64,000 bases of DNA from Planctomycetota bacterium (GCA_036150515.1 JAYZPA010000115.1:1644-65643); one strand, 5' to 3'. Counted from the first letter of the stretch, positions 1 to 9,585 are shown. The notes: generated from the sequence alone by a model not told the origin. Made by a program: numbers and translations.

Positions 1-1105
1 CGGTAAACAAGTTGTGATCATTGATGACATAGTTCGCCTGGTAGTCGAGCATGCGGCGTTGCCCTTGATAGAACGCGTCAAAAAACGCATTGGGTACGGC
101 CGTATCGATACGTTCATAATCGGTCAGACTAAAACCAATGCGATGTTCGAGTTGTCCGTCAAGCATGGTTCTGGAAATTTGAATTCGGTTGGAAAAATTC
201 CGGGTAAGGTTCGTTCGTATTAAATTGTCGACCGGATTGGGATCACCAAAGGTCCAGTCATCCACTTCTAAATCAGCGGAGGTATAACGAAACACGTAGT
301 CGATGTTGAGTGTTTCGGTCGGGTTCCAACCGAATCGTCCGGAAAGGGTGCCGACGTCAAAGTCGTCTTTTTCTGAATTTCCAAACCGTTCGGCTGCCTG
401 AGAAACGCTGTGCGTGTCAAGATAAGATCCGCCAACGCTATAGTACGACTTCTCATCCCCACCACTGTAGCGAAGACTTTGAAAGCTGGTCCCCAGGCTG
501 CCGCCGTAGGTTGTCCAGGTCCTGACTGCCGGACCGTCACCGCGTTTTGTAATGATATTGATGACTCCGCCAATGGCATCACTGCCATAGAGTACACTTT
601 GCGGGCCCCGCAGAATTTCTATTCGCTCGATATTATCGGATGTCAGGTTTCCAAAATCAAATGCTCGTGAGGCACTGGACGGATCGTTCAGCGGAATTCC
701 GTCGAGCAGGACTTTGGTATGAGCCGAGTTCGATCCGCGTATGAACAGGGAGGTCAATCCGCCGGTGCCCCCACTGCGTGCTGTTGTGATGCCCAGTTGA
801 TTGCGGAGGGCATCCAGAACCGTTGTGTGTCCCTGTTTCTGTAATGCCTCCCCCTGAATCACCGTGATGGAATTCCCCGTGGTTCGTTGACTGCTGGCCA
901 GTCCGCCCGGGGTTAATACGGTATCGGGCCCCAAAATGCTACGGGGAAAGGAGTTTGGCCGCCCGATGACGACCGTTTCATCGATAACCGGTGGCGTATC
1001 CCTATCGGGCGAATCAGGTGCCTGAGCCTGGATTTCCAGGTGCGCGGTGCTGACGATCAACGCAGCGACCAACGATAATGGAATGAATGATCGGAAGTGA
1101 TTCAT
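1..1105 (-). CDS. TonB-dependent outer-membrane receptor, N-terminal ~368 codons; the 3' end lies beyond the window start. BtuB-like, given the riboswitch upstream
   Basis: Absent from the ORF track because it runs off the window. My translation of the minus strand from the ATG at 1105 gives MNHFRSFIPLSLVAALIVSTAHLEIQAQA (signal peptide). The plug-domain signature IEILRGPQSVLYGSDAIGGVINIITKRG lies around 520-600. The frame stays open down to position 1. Confidence 0.85.
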   Translation of the reverse strand, partial: MNHFRSFIPLSLVAALIVSTAHLEIQAQAPDSPDRDTPPVIDETVVIGRPNSFPRSILGPDTVLTPGGLASSQRTTGNSITVIQGEALQKQGHTTVLDALRNQLGITTARSGGTGGLTSLFIRGSNSAHTKVLLDGIPLNDPSSASRAFDFGNLTSDNIERIEILRGPQSVLYGSDAIGGVINIITKRGDGPAVRTWTTYGGSLGTSFQSLRYSGGDEKSYYSVGGSYLDTHSVSQAAERFGNSEKDDFDVGTLSGRFGWNPTETLNIDYVFRYTSADLEVDDWTFGDPNPVDNLIRTNLTRNFSNRIQISRTMLDGQLEHRIGFSLTDYERIDTAVPNAFFDAFYQGQRRMLDYQANYVINDHNLFT

Positions 1106-1154
1106 TAGATTGTTCGCTGTATCCCGCAGCGCCTTGTTCGTGTCAATCGTGTGA

Positions 1155-1305
1155 CCCTTTGTCAGCAGGTATCCTGACTCCCGGGTTTTCCAGTCCCCTG
1201 CCCCTTCCCGGAATAAACCAGTGGATCATTGCAGGATATGTCGCCGGTTACAGTCGCGGGAACGGTGGGAGAGTTACACTCCGCTTCCCTGCCAGACAAA
1301 TGTAA
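1155..1305 (-). promoter_or_regulatory. Cobalamin (B12) riboswitch aptamer in the 5' leader of the TonB-dependent receptor gene
   Basis: The minus strand reads TGTCTGGCAGGGAAGCGGAGTGTAACTCTCCCACCGTTCCCGCGACTGTAACCGG...TCCACTGG...CCGGGAAGGGGC...GGGAGTCAGGATACCTGCTGACA. It carries the conserved GGGAA / CCCGC-ACUGU core, the CCACUG...GGGAAGG element and a B12-box-like AGUCAGGAUACCUGC. A P1 helix TGTCTGGCAGG/CCTGCTGACA closes it. Confidence 0.8.
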
Positions 1306-1513
1306 AACAAAACATTTCAATAAACTCTGTATCGGTCTTCCCGTTACGGGAAGATAACTTCAAATCGGCACGGATGTTCTGATGGTCGTTGTGCGTCATT
1401 GCTAATCATGCGGTCTCCCTTTATCGTAGGTCTAGAGGGTTCGGATGAGGGACCAACTTAGGTTGTATTACTTGGCTACGCATCCATCGTTAGTTTTGCC
1501 AGTGAGGTTTCCT

Positions 1514-2686
1514 GTGACCAGGGTTGCATATTTAGACAACAACGCAACAACTCCGATTGCACCGATCGTCTATCAGGCGATGATTCCCTTTTTAACAGAG
1601 AAGTTTGGCAATCCATCCAGCCGTCATATTAAAGGGACGGAACTGGGCGATGCGATTACCAATGCACGTGGACAGGTTGCTCGTTTACTGGGGGCTTCTG
1701 CCAGCGAGATCACTTTTACATCTGGTGGCAGTGAAAGCAACAATCACGTCCTGAAGGGGTTATTTCTGGATCGCCGTCAGTTTCTTGGCGGGCACCTCAT
1801 CATCTCTGATTTTGAACACCCGGCAATTCAGCAACCGGCTGCGTATCTGGAAGATCTGGGTGTCGCCGTAACGCGAGTTGGATGCAACACTTTGGGTCAA
1901 ATTGACCCGGAAGCCGTTCGATCCGCGATTCGTCCCGAGACTCGATTAGTGAGTATCATGCACGCCAACAATGAAATAGGATCGATTCAGCCGATTCGGG
2001 CGATCGCCGAGATTTGCCACGAATCCAACATTTATTGCCATACCGATGCGGCCCAGAGTCTTGGCAAGGTTGCGGTGGATGTGGAGGCACTGCAGGTCGA
2101 CTTTCTTACCCTGGCGGGTCATAAATTGTATGCCCCTAAAGGGGTGGGTGCATTGTACATTCGGGAGGGTGTAAAACTGGAGTCCTTAATACATGGAGCA
2201 GGTCATGAATTCGGGGTGCGAGCAGGTACAGAGAATACACCGTATTGGGTTGGTCTGGGTGCGGCTTGTGAAATGTTGACGACGGCACCGGAGACGCACT
2301 TGCAGGAGATTGCAGCGATGCGTGATGATCTTTTGAATCTACTACGATTGGGAACGGACGGGATGGTTACTGTGAATGGACAGATGGACGATCCGGCCGA
2401 GGATCGACAGCACCGTTTGCCCAACACGCTTAGTGTGAACTTTCCCGGTGTGACGGCCACCGAGCTGCTGGCGGGGACTCCCGATCTTTGTGCGTCGACC
2501 GGTGCGGCATGCCATAGCGGTCAGACCAACATGTCCGACACACTCAAGGCAATTGGACTTACCGAAGAGGTTGCTCGAGGTACGGTTCGACTGAGCTTGG
2601 GCTGGTTTACGACCGCAGCCGAAGTGCTGTCGGCTGCTACGGACTTGATTCGCAGTTGGAAAGATCTCATTGACAAACCAAATTAG
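1514..2686 (+). CDS. Cysteine desulfurase, class V aminotransferase (NifS/IscS-like)
   Basis: ORF 1445..2686 contains YLDNNATTP, SGGSESNN, HTDAAQS and LAGHKLYAPKGVGALY (PLP lysine). I prefer the GTG at 1514 (VTRVAYLDNNATT), which follows GAGG at 1504-1507. 1445 remains a possible start. Confidence 0.85.
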   Translation: MTRVAYLDNNATTPIAPIVYQAMIPFLTEKFGNPSSRHIKGTELGDAITNARGQVARLLGASASEITFTSGGSESNNHVLKGLFLDRRQFLGGHLIISDFEHPAIQQPAAYLEDLGVAVTRVGCNTLGQIDPEAVRSAIRPETRLVSIMHANNEIGSIQPIRAIAEICHESNIYCHTDAAQSLGKVAVDVEALQVDFLTLAGHKLYAPKGVGALYIREGVKLESLIHGAGHEFGVRAGTENTPYWVGLGAACEMLTTAPETHLQEIAAMRDDLLNLLRLGTDGMVTVNGQMDDPAEDRQHRLPNTLSVNFPGVTATELLAGTPDLCASTGAACHSGQTNMSDTLKAIGLTEEVARGTVRLSLGWFTTAAEVLSAATDLIRSWKDLIDKPN

Positions 2687-2719
2687 GTTTGCATGGACAG
2701 GGCTTCGCTGCTCATCGTC

Positions 2720-3631
2720 CTACGATGTTGCACCCAGTACGATACCGGTGTCATCGATTGAAAAGGGGATGATCTTGTCGCTACAGTGGCTTCCGCGGTG
2801 CTTGGCAATGTATAACGCTCGTTGCAGTTGCCCCTCATTTTTCACTTTTCCCATATAAATCAGTGTGTTGGCGTTCGCCAGTGCATCGCCTTCGTCCAGT
2901 GGGCGGGTGATCATGTCGTCGAGCATGGTGTCCTGGGCTGTGTAAAGCAGCAGGCAACCAATTTGAGTCTGGTCATAATTCAGGGCGGCAACGCGTTCGG
3001 CATTTTCCCGATATTTCTGACGCAGCAGGTCCCGTGCCACCCAGGCAGGGTCTTTCCGCAGCACCTGATGATAGATGTACTCAAACAGATTTAATTGAAT
3101 TGAGTCATTCGGTCTGCCTACCGGTTCCACGCCGTCGATGACCACTCGCTGGGAACCCTGCAGAAAGTTTCCATATAAGAATCCAATGGCTGAGATTAAG
3201 CGTGAATTCAGATGCGCCTGCCAGTCGTGCCACTGATTCCAATCCATATCCTGTCGGGTTACGCGTTTTCCGGCATAGTCAAAGACATGCAGGTAATCAC
3301 CAGGGGTCGACTGGCAATCCATGATTTGTTCAACGTCCAGATGATCCAGCAGCGGGCTAGGTGTGAGCGACCAGTTCTTCATCCGCTGGGCATAATGGGC
3401 ATGGTTTTGTGAGTCGCCACGGGAACCCATATCAAAGAAAACACCGGAATGACCTTCAGCGGTAATTCCGGCGTGAGCAAAATGGACACCGAGTTGGGTT
3501 TTTCCTATGCCCGTGGCGCCGACAACCACGGTCAGTGTCCCGGGGATTAATCCTCCGCCGAGTTGTTCATCCAGTCCGGGAACTCCGGTGGTTTGCCTTT
3601 TCATATCGATTCGTCCATAAGCAGGAAACAA
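2720..3631 (-). CDS. Single-domain KaiC/RecA-superfamily ATPase
   Basis: TGVPGLDEQLGGGLIPGTLTVVVGATGIGKTQLG (Walker A), RVVIDGVEP (Walker B) and the C-terminal YIAKHRGSHCSDKIIPFSIDDTGI are typical of KaiC-like proteins. An alternative start lies at 3604. Confidence 0.7.
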   Translation of the reverse strand: MFPAYGRIDMKRQTTGVPGLDEQLGGGLIPGTLTVVVGATGIGKTQLGVHFAHAGITAEGHSGVFFDMGSRGDSQNHAHYAQRMKNWSLTPSPLLDHLDVEQIMDCQSTPGDYLHVFDYAGKRVTRQDMDWNQWHDWQAHLNSRLISAIGFLYGNFLQGSQRVVIDGVEPVGRPNDSIQLNLFEYIYHQVLRKDPAWVARDLLRQKYRENAERVAALNYDQTQIGCLLLYTAQDTMLDDMITRPLDEGDALANANTLIYMGKVKNEGQLQRALYIAKHRGSHCSDKIIPFSIDDTGIVLGATS

Positions 3632-3655
3632 TGAACCGTCGGGCGATGCAATCGA

Positions 3656-4006
3656 CTAACCGCCGTGGTTTTGTTGTTCGGCAACCTGACGGCTTTTTTC
3701 CATGGCATTCTCTGCTTTGGCGATAAAGCTCTGATCGCCCGTTCCGGCATAGGCCCTTTGATAAGTAACACTCATTGCCGTATAGCTGAAGGGATCGGTT
3801 GGGTCTAATTCCACTGCAGTTTCCCCATGCAGTACTGCTTTTTCGTGTTGATTCACACGACCATAAAGTACGGCTAACGTGAAATGAGCGATGGAGTGCT
3901 GGGGTTCTTCTTCAAGGATTTCGTGGAGCAGGGCAATGGAATCGTCCAGTTGTCCCTCATCCTTCAGAGCCTCGGCTTGACTGAGTTTGGCGTTAATATC
4001 CGACAT
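3656..4006 (-). CDS. Tetratricopeptide-repeat (TPR) protein
   Basis: ORF 3656..4036 shows a TPR-like helical repeat pattern (AEALKDEGQLDDSIALLHEILEEEP, AHFTLAVLYGRVNQHEKAVLHGETAVELDP). The ATG at 4006 (MSDINAK) is preceded by GGAG. 4036 is also possible. Confidence 0.55.
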   Translation of the reverse strand: MSDINAKLSQAEALKDEGQLDDSIALLHEILEEEPQHSIAHFTLAVLYGRVNQHEKAVLHGETAVELDPTDPFSYTAMSVTYQRAYAGTGDQSFIAKAENAMEKSRQVAEQQNHGG

Positions 4007-4123
4007 GGCAATGAACTCCGGTTTAGGGAACGTCATTCCGGCAGGTGCTGCCGGAGGAATTGTTTTTATACCGACTTTTAGTCTAACTGCTGACTTGATA
4101 ATGGTGTATGAGGATCCGCCGTT

Positions 4124-6790
4124 TTATCGCGAAAGGGCTGCCTGTGCGGCGGCCAGTCTTGCAATGGGTACTCGAAATGGCGAACAACTGACGTAATTCA
4201 ATCCCACGGAATCGCAGAATTTGATCGAATCGGGATCACCCCCGTGTTCGCCGCAGATGCCGATCTTCAAATTCCGACGAGTGGCCCGTCCTTTGGTGAC
4301 ACCTGCCTGAACCAGCTGGCCCACGCCTGAGGTATCAATCGACTGGAACGGATCCACCGGCAGGATATCCTGAGAAAGATAATCGGGTAGAAAACCATTG
4401 ATATCATCCCGGCTGTAACCGAAGGTCATTTGAGTCAGGTCATTGGTCCCGAAGCTGAAAAATTCAGCGTATTGGGCGACTTCATCTGCCGTTAAACAAG
4501 CGCGAGGAATCTCCAGCATGGTCCCAATGAGGATATCCAATTGTCCGTTGAATTTACGGCGAGCTTTGGTGGCCGCGATGGTTTTTTCGACCTTACCCCG
4601 CAGCAATTTCAATTCTGTTGCCGTTCCCACCAGAGGAATCATGATTTCGGCGATGGCATTGATGCGTTTCTTTTTACACAGGATAGCCGCTTCCACAATG
4701 GCCGTTACCTGCATTTCAAGGATTTCCGGATACGTCACACTGAGCCGACAACCACGATGGCCGAGCATGGGATTGGCTTCGTGAAGCTGTGCCACGCGTT
4801 CCTTAACTTTGGAAACGCTGACGCCCATTTTTCGGGCAAGTTGTTTTTGGCTTTTTTCATCATGAGGCACGAATTCGTGCAGTGGTGGGTCGAGCAGACG
4901 AACGGTGACCGGAAGTCCTTTCATAGCGGTAAAAATTCCGGCAAAATCCCGACGTTGGAAAGGAAGTAGCTTTTTGAGTGCCTGCCGGCGATCTTTTTCG
5001 TTTTCAGCAAGGATCATTTCCCGCATCGCCAGAATTCGGTCCCCCTCAAAGAACATATGTTCGGTGCGGCAGAGACCAATCCCCTGAGCACCAAAAGAAC
5101 GCGCTCGTTGCGCATCGGCAGGTGTGTCCGCATTGGTCCGAATATCCAGTCGACGGTATTTGTCTGCCCATCGCATGATACGTGAGAAATCGCCGGATAA
5201 CGATGGTGTGGATGTTTCCACACTGCCGGCCATGACTTCCCCGGTGGAACCATCGATGCTGATCGTATCGCGATGAGTGAATTTACGGCCGTTGATCGTG
5301 AACTTGCGAGCCTGCTCCTGGATATGAACTTCTCCTGCGCCCGCAACGCAACAACGTCCCCATCCGCGTGCGACGACCGCTGCATGACTGGTCATTCCAC
5401 CGGTGCTGGTAAGAATGCCAGCGGCACTGTGCATGCCATCAATGTCTTCCGGGCTGGTTTCTTTGCGAACCAAAATGACTTTTTCACCATCCGCAGTACG
5501 TTTCACCGCTTCATCGGCGGTAAAGGCGGGTTTGCCAACGGAGGCTCCCGGGGATGCCGGCAGGCCACACGTCAGAATTTCCGCCTGAGCTTTGCCTCCC
5601 GCACTGAAGCTGGGCAGCAGTAGTTGAGTCAGGTCGTTAGCCGGTATTCGTAAAAGCGCCTCTTTTTCACCGATCAGTTTTTCACGAACCATGTCGCATG
5701 CCATTTTGACCGCAGCAGCGCCGGTGCGCTTACCCGTACGCGTTTGCAACATGTATAATTCACCCTGTTCGATCGTGAATTCAATATCCTGCATGTCACG
5801 GTAATGGTCTTCCAGCAGGTCTTTGATACTCAGTAACTGCTTGTAGACGCGGTTGTTCCACTTACGCATTTCAACCACGGGTTGAGGCGTTCGTATTCCG
5901 GCAACCACATCTTCACCTTGTGCATTGATCAGGAATTCACCATAGAATTCGTTCTTGCCGGTCGAAGGGTTACGCGTGAATGCAACTCCCGTTCCGGAAT
6001 CATTACCCATGTTGCCGTAAACCATGGCCTGAACATTGACCGCGGTTCCCAGTAATCCTCGAATATTCTCGACTTCCCGGTAGCGAATGGCACGCGTCGT
6101 ATTCCAACTTGAAAAGACCGCCTCGACGGCCAGTTTGAGTTGCTCCAGAGGATCCTGGGGAAAATCGGTGCGTGTGTGTTTCTTGTAGACTTTTTTATAT
6201 GCGGTAACCAGTTCAACAAGCCCCTGCTCCGGCACATCCGTATCATCGGAAACTTTGTATTTCTTTTTGATGACGTCGAACGCTTTCTCGAAATGTTTGT
6301 GATCAACGCCCATGACCACGTCACCATACATATTAATCAGACGCCGGTAGGCGTCATAAGCAAATCGGCGGTTGCCGGTGGCTGAGGCGAGACCCTCGAC
6401 TGCGACGTCGGTGAGGCCCAGATTGAGAATCGTGTTCATCATCCCGGGCATCGAAACTGCGGCACCCGATCGTACCGATACGAGTAAGGGACTCCGGGAA
6501 TCACCGAATTTCTTGTTTAATTCACGTTCCAATATTCCGATGTTTGTGCGAATACTCTGCATCAAACCTCGTGGTAAATTCTTGTTCTGCTTGTAGTAAC
6601 GATCACATACTTCCGTCGTAATCGTGAATCCTGGAGGTACGGGCAGACCAATTTGTGTCATCCCGGCAAGATTCGATCCCTTGCCACCGAGAATATTCTT
6701 ACTTACTTTCTGACCTTCGGTTTTCGTTTTACCAAAGTAGTAGATCATCTTTTTAGTGCGTTTCGATGTTTTTCGTTTCGCGATCGCCAT
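4124..6790 (-). CDS. ppdK: Pyruvate, phosphate dikinase
   Basis: This is an 888-aa ORF. It has the N-terminal ATP-grasp GGKGSNLAGM, the phosphohistidine motif GGMTSHAAVVARGWG, and the PEP-utilising C-terminal motifs GIGLCRTEHMF and FFSFGTNDLTQ. Confidence 0.95.
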   Translation of the reverse strand: MAIAKRKTSKRTKKMIYYFGKTKTEGQKVSKNILGGKGSNLAGMTQIGLPVPPGFTITTEVCDRYYKQNKNLPRGLMQSIRTNIGILERELNKKFGDSRSPLLVSVRSGAAVSMPGMMNTILNLGLTDVAVEGLASATGNRRFAYDAYRRLINMYGDVVMGVDHKHFEKAFDVIKKKYKVSDDTDVPEQGLVELVTAYKKVYKKHTRTDFPQDPLEQLKLAVEAVFSSWNTTRAIRYREVENIRGLLGTAVNVQAMVYGNMGNDSGTGVAFTRNPSTGKNEFYGEFLINAQGEDVVAGIRTPQPVVEMRKWNNRVYKQLLSIKDLLEDHYRDMQDIEFTIEQGELYMLQTRTGKRTGAAAVKMACDMVREKLIGEKEALLRIPANDLTQLLLPSFSAGGKAQAEILTCGLPASPGASVGKPAFTADEAVKRTADGEKVILVRKETSPEDIDGMHSAAGILTSTGGMTSHAAVVARGWGRCCVAGAGEVHIQEQARKFTINGRKFTHRDTISIDGSTGEVMAGSVETSTPSLSGDFSRIMRWADKYRRLDIRTNADTPADAQRARSFGAQGIGLCRTEHMFFEGDRILAMREMILAENEKDRRQALKKLLPFQRRDFAGIFTAMKGLPVTVRLLDPPLHEFVPHDEKSQKQLARKMGVSVSKVKERVAQLHEANPMLGHRGCRLSVTYPEILEMQVTAIVEAAILCKKKRINAIAEIMIPLVGTATELKLLRGKVEKTIAATKARRKFNGQLDILIGTMLEIPRACLTADEVAQYAEFFSFGTNDLTQMTFGYSRDDINGFLPDYLSQDILPVDPFQSIDTSGVGQLVQAGVTKGRATRRNLKIGICGEHGGDPDSIKFCDSVGLNYVSCSPFRVPIARLAAAQAALSR

Positions 6791-7165
6791 TTTACCTTAA
6801 TATCCTATATTGTCGTTGTGTGATAACCGTGGAATTCCGGTATATTAGAATGCCGCGGGGGTGGGTGCTTGCAGAATGTGAGCGTGATCCGGTATGACCG
6901 ATTATGGTTGCACAATGCGTGGGCCATTGGTTAAAAACGACTTAACGTTATGCAGTTTATTCTTCCCTGAGCTCCTAAAAACCCGTTCCCCAACAGATTT
7001 GCCAGGGTTGTTCTCTACCTGCTAAATAGTGCAAGAATGAGTCGTCCACTTTACCAGCGATTTAAGGGAACTGTCAATTGAACATACCCCCCCATTTAAC
7101 TAAAAATTTATTGGGATAATCCAGTCTCTGCCCGCCTGATATGCCCTATGCCCTAGGAAGGATCG

Positions 7166-7984
7166 ATGCTCATGGATGGATGCAATCATCCCGATGATTT
7201 AGATCCGGTTGAATTGGAATCGTCAGTTCAAAGCAGAGAGTCCGGTCTGCATACGGATGCAGAAATCGTAATGGATTCAGCAACCGTCCCCACATGGAAA
7301 TCGTTGTTGTTGAAGTTTGTGGTTGCCGAGTTTGCGATGGTTCCGGCCGCATTATTCCTGATATGGGCATTTAACCTACCCAACGCCTCGTCGATTGGGC
7401 GACAATTATTTGGCACGCGTCACGGGATTTGGGGTTTATTGATCGGCTTGATTGCCACCGTTCCATTGATATTATCCATCGTGATGACGGAGCGGATTCG
7501 CTGGAAGCCATTTCAGGAATTACATGAACTGGTGATGACCAAGTTGGCACCCTTATTTCGAGGCATGCCATGGTGGGGCTTGTTACTGATTGCGACGGGA
7601 GCAGGATTTGGCGAGGAGTGGTTATTTCGCGGGTTTGGTATCAGTATGGTTTCTGACCTTTTGCCGTCTGCCTGGAGTCCGGATCTTGTACAGTGGACGG
7701 CTATTGGATTGACCGCTTTGATATTTGGAGCACTTCATGCGATGACGCGGATGTATTTCATACTGACCTTGGGCATGGGAGTTTATTTGGGTCTTATGGT
7801 CGTGGTGACCGAATCACTCATACCCGCGGTGGTTTGTCACGGACTCTACGACTTTTTAGCCTTGCTCTATATTATGCGATTAGACCGACTCCGACAGTGT
7901 TGCTTGGTCTCGTCTGAAGCGGATGACGATATCACGAAAAATACTCCAACGGACACCGTGTCTGTTGGAGTACTGGATCATTAG
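7166..7984 (+). CDS. CPBP family intramembrane glutamic endopeptidase (CAAX protease-like)
   Basis: A multi-TM protein with the EEWLFRG, FGALHA and CHGLYDF motifs. Confidence 0.75.
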   Translation: MLMDGCNHPDDLDPVELESSVQSRESGLHTDAEIVMDSATVPTWKSLLLKFVVAEFAMVPAALFLIWAFNLPNASSIGRQLFGTRHGIWGLLIGLIATVPLILSIVMTERIRWKPFQELHELVMTKLAPLFRGMPWWGLLLIATGAGFGEEWLFRGFGISMVSDLLPSAWSPDLVQWTAIGLTALIFGALHAMTRMYFILTLGMGVYLGLMVVVTESLIPAVVCHGLYDFLALLYIMRLDRLRQCCLVSSEADDDITKNTPTDTVSVGVLDH

Positions 7985-8037
7985 TCGATGGTCAATCGGT
8001 CGCGATTTGCCAGCGACAGCACCTGTTGCAAAACAGC

Positions 8038-9585
8038 CTAGCGGCAGCAGTCCAGCAGGAATCGTGTTCGCAGCAGGCCGCAGGGATTAGGTATGCAGAC
8101 CGTTACCGGTATTTGTTCACAAACCACACGGGGCACTCGTCTCATGACCGTGTAGGGTACCTGCGTGGGTACGGTCTTACAGGTCTGAACAACTTTGGTA
8201 TATTTCACCGGCTTGCGAACATTGTAGGGAACCTGTTTCGTTTTGGTTTCCGTTACATATCGGCAGGATTGATAAGGTACTTGTTTCGTCTTGGTTTCCT
8301 TAACCAGACGACAGACACGATATGTTTGTTCACGCGTGATTGTTTCCGGGACAATCTTTAGTACTTTGTAACTACAGTGTCGTACTTTTTGTTCTCGCAC
8401 CATGCGGCACACATTATAATTTACGGTGTGCTGTTTCGTTTCTTTCACGATTTTGCAGACAGTATAGGGTATTTGTTTGGTTTTGGTTTCCGTTACCATT
8501 CGGCACACCTGATATTCACAGGTCTTGCTTTTGGTTTCCGGAACCATTTTACAAACACGATAAGAGCAAGTGCGTTGTTTCGCTTCATTAACCCAGCGAC
8601 AGACCGTATAGGGTACTTCGGAGGTAACCGTTTCCCGAACGTATTTCACGCAGGGTACTTCTTTCGTGATCACTTCCGGAACCCAGATTCGTTTACAGAT
8701 CTGTCGTGGAGGACATTGTGTTTCGACAACATGGCATTCGCCTGGTATGAAGATTCGTCGGCATGCACAGGGATCCCAGGTCCAACAGCCGGGGGTTCGT
8801 ACCACCCGCCGCCGAATGGGTCCGGGACATTCGATAATCTGCGTATCCCAGTGTCCGGTGTTGATGGTAACGGTCTTGGTATAATGTACGGGTTTGCGGA
8901 TGACCTTAGAAACCGTTCTGGTTTTTGTTTCGTAAACAGGTTTTCGTACCGTGTAGTTAATGACCCGAGTCTTGGTTTCCCAAACGGGCTTGTGGATGGT
9001 GTAATTGATCGTTTTGGTTTTGGTTTCCCAAACCGGTCGCGTCACATTATAGTTTAGCGTTCGTATCTTTGATTCATAAACAGGCTTGTGAACCGTATAA
9101 TTGACCGTCCGTGATTTGGTCTCCCAGATCGGCTTAAAGACGTTGTAGGTGAAACTCTTCGTCCGTGTTTCCCAAACGGGTTTGCGGATGGTGTGATTCG
9201 TGGTTCGCGTCTTGGTTTCCCACACCGGTTTGGTGGTTGTGTAGTCTACCGTTCGGTACTTCGTTTCATACACAGGGCGCCGAACCGTATAGTTTACATC
9301 GCGCAGTTTGGTTTCATTGATGTATTTGACGCATTCGATTTCCTTACTTTCAACAACCTTGTTGTACACCGTCTTGTAACAGGTATACGGTTGTTGCTCA
9401 AATACAACGCGCCGTCTGGTTCGCATGATGGTATGCGTTTGAATTTGGGCATCCACAAAGGTCTCGGGTTCCGCAATCCCGCAATTGCGATAACTCGATA
9501 GTCCAAGATACGATGCGGTTGCTGAATCTGTCAGCAACAAACACAGAATGACGGCAACCGTGACTGCACTCCATCGGGTTCTCAT
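8038..9585 (-). CDS. Secreted repeat protein with about 18 tandem 16-residue YTV-type repeats
   Basis: ORF 8038..9846. I start it at the ATG at 9585 (MRTRWSAVTVAVILCLLLTDSATA signal peptide, with GGAG upstream). It has nine units like YTVRKPVWETKTRTxN, a Cys-rich linker, then nine units like YxVCRMVxETKTKxxP. Confidence 0.8.
   Translation of the reverse strand: MRTRWSAVTVAVILCLLLTDSATASYLGLSSYRNCGIAEPETFVDAQIQTHTIMRTRRRVVFEQQPYTCYKTVYNKVVESKEIECVKYINETKLRDVNYTVRRPVYETKYRTVDYTTTKPVWETKTRTTNHTIRKPVWETRTKSFTYNVFKPIWETKSRTVNYTVHKPVYESKIRTLNYNVTRPVWETKTKTINYTIHKPVWETKTRVINYTVRKPVYETKTRTVSKVIRKPVHYTKTVTINTGHWDTQIIECPGPIRRRVVRTPGCWTWDPCACRRIFIPGECHVVETQCPPRQICKRIWVPEVITKEVPCVKYVRETVTSEVPYTVCRWVNEAKQRTCSYRVCKMVPETKSKTCEYQVCRMVTETKTKQIPYTVCKIVKETKQHTVNYNVCRMVREQKVRHCSYKVLKIVPETITREQTYRVCRLVKETKTKQVPYQSCRYVTETKTKQVPYNVRKPVKYTKVVQTCKTVPTQVPYTVMRRVPRVVCEQIPVTVCIPNPCGLLRTRFLLDCCR
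8179..9291 (-). repeat. Two blocks of 48-nt (16-codon) tandem coding repeats inside the YTV-type gene
   Basis: Block 1 is about 8860-9291 (KPVWETKTR type). Block 2 is about 8179-8610 (VCRxVxETKTK type). The period of 16 residues can be read directly from the translation. Confidence 0.8.
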
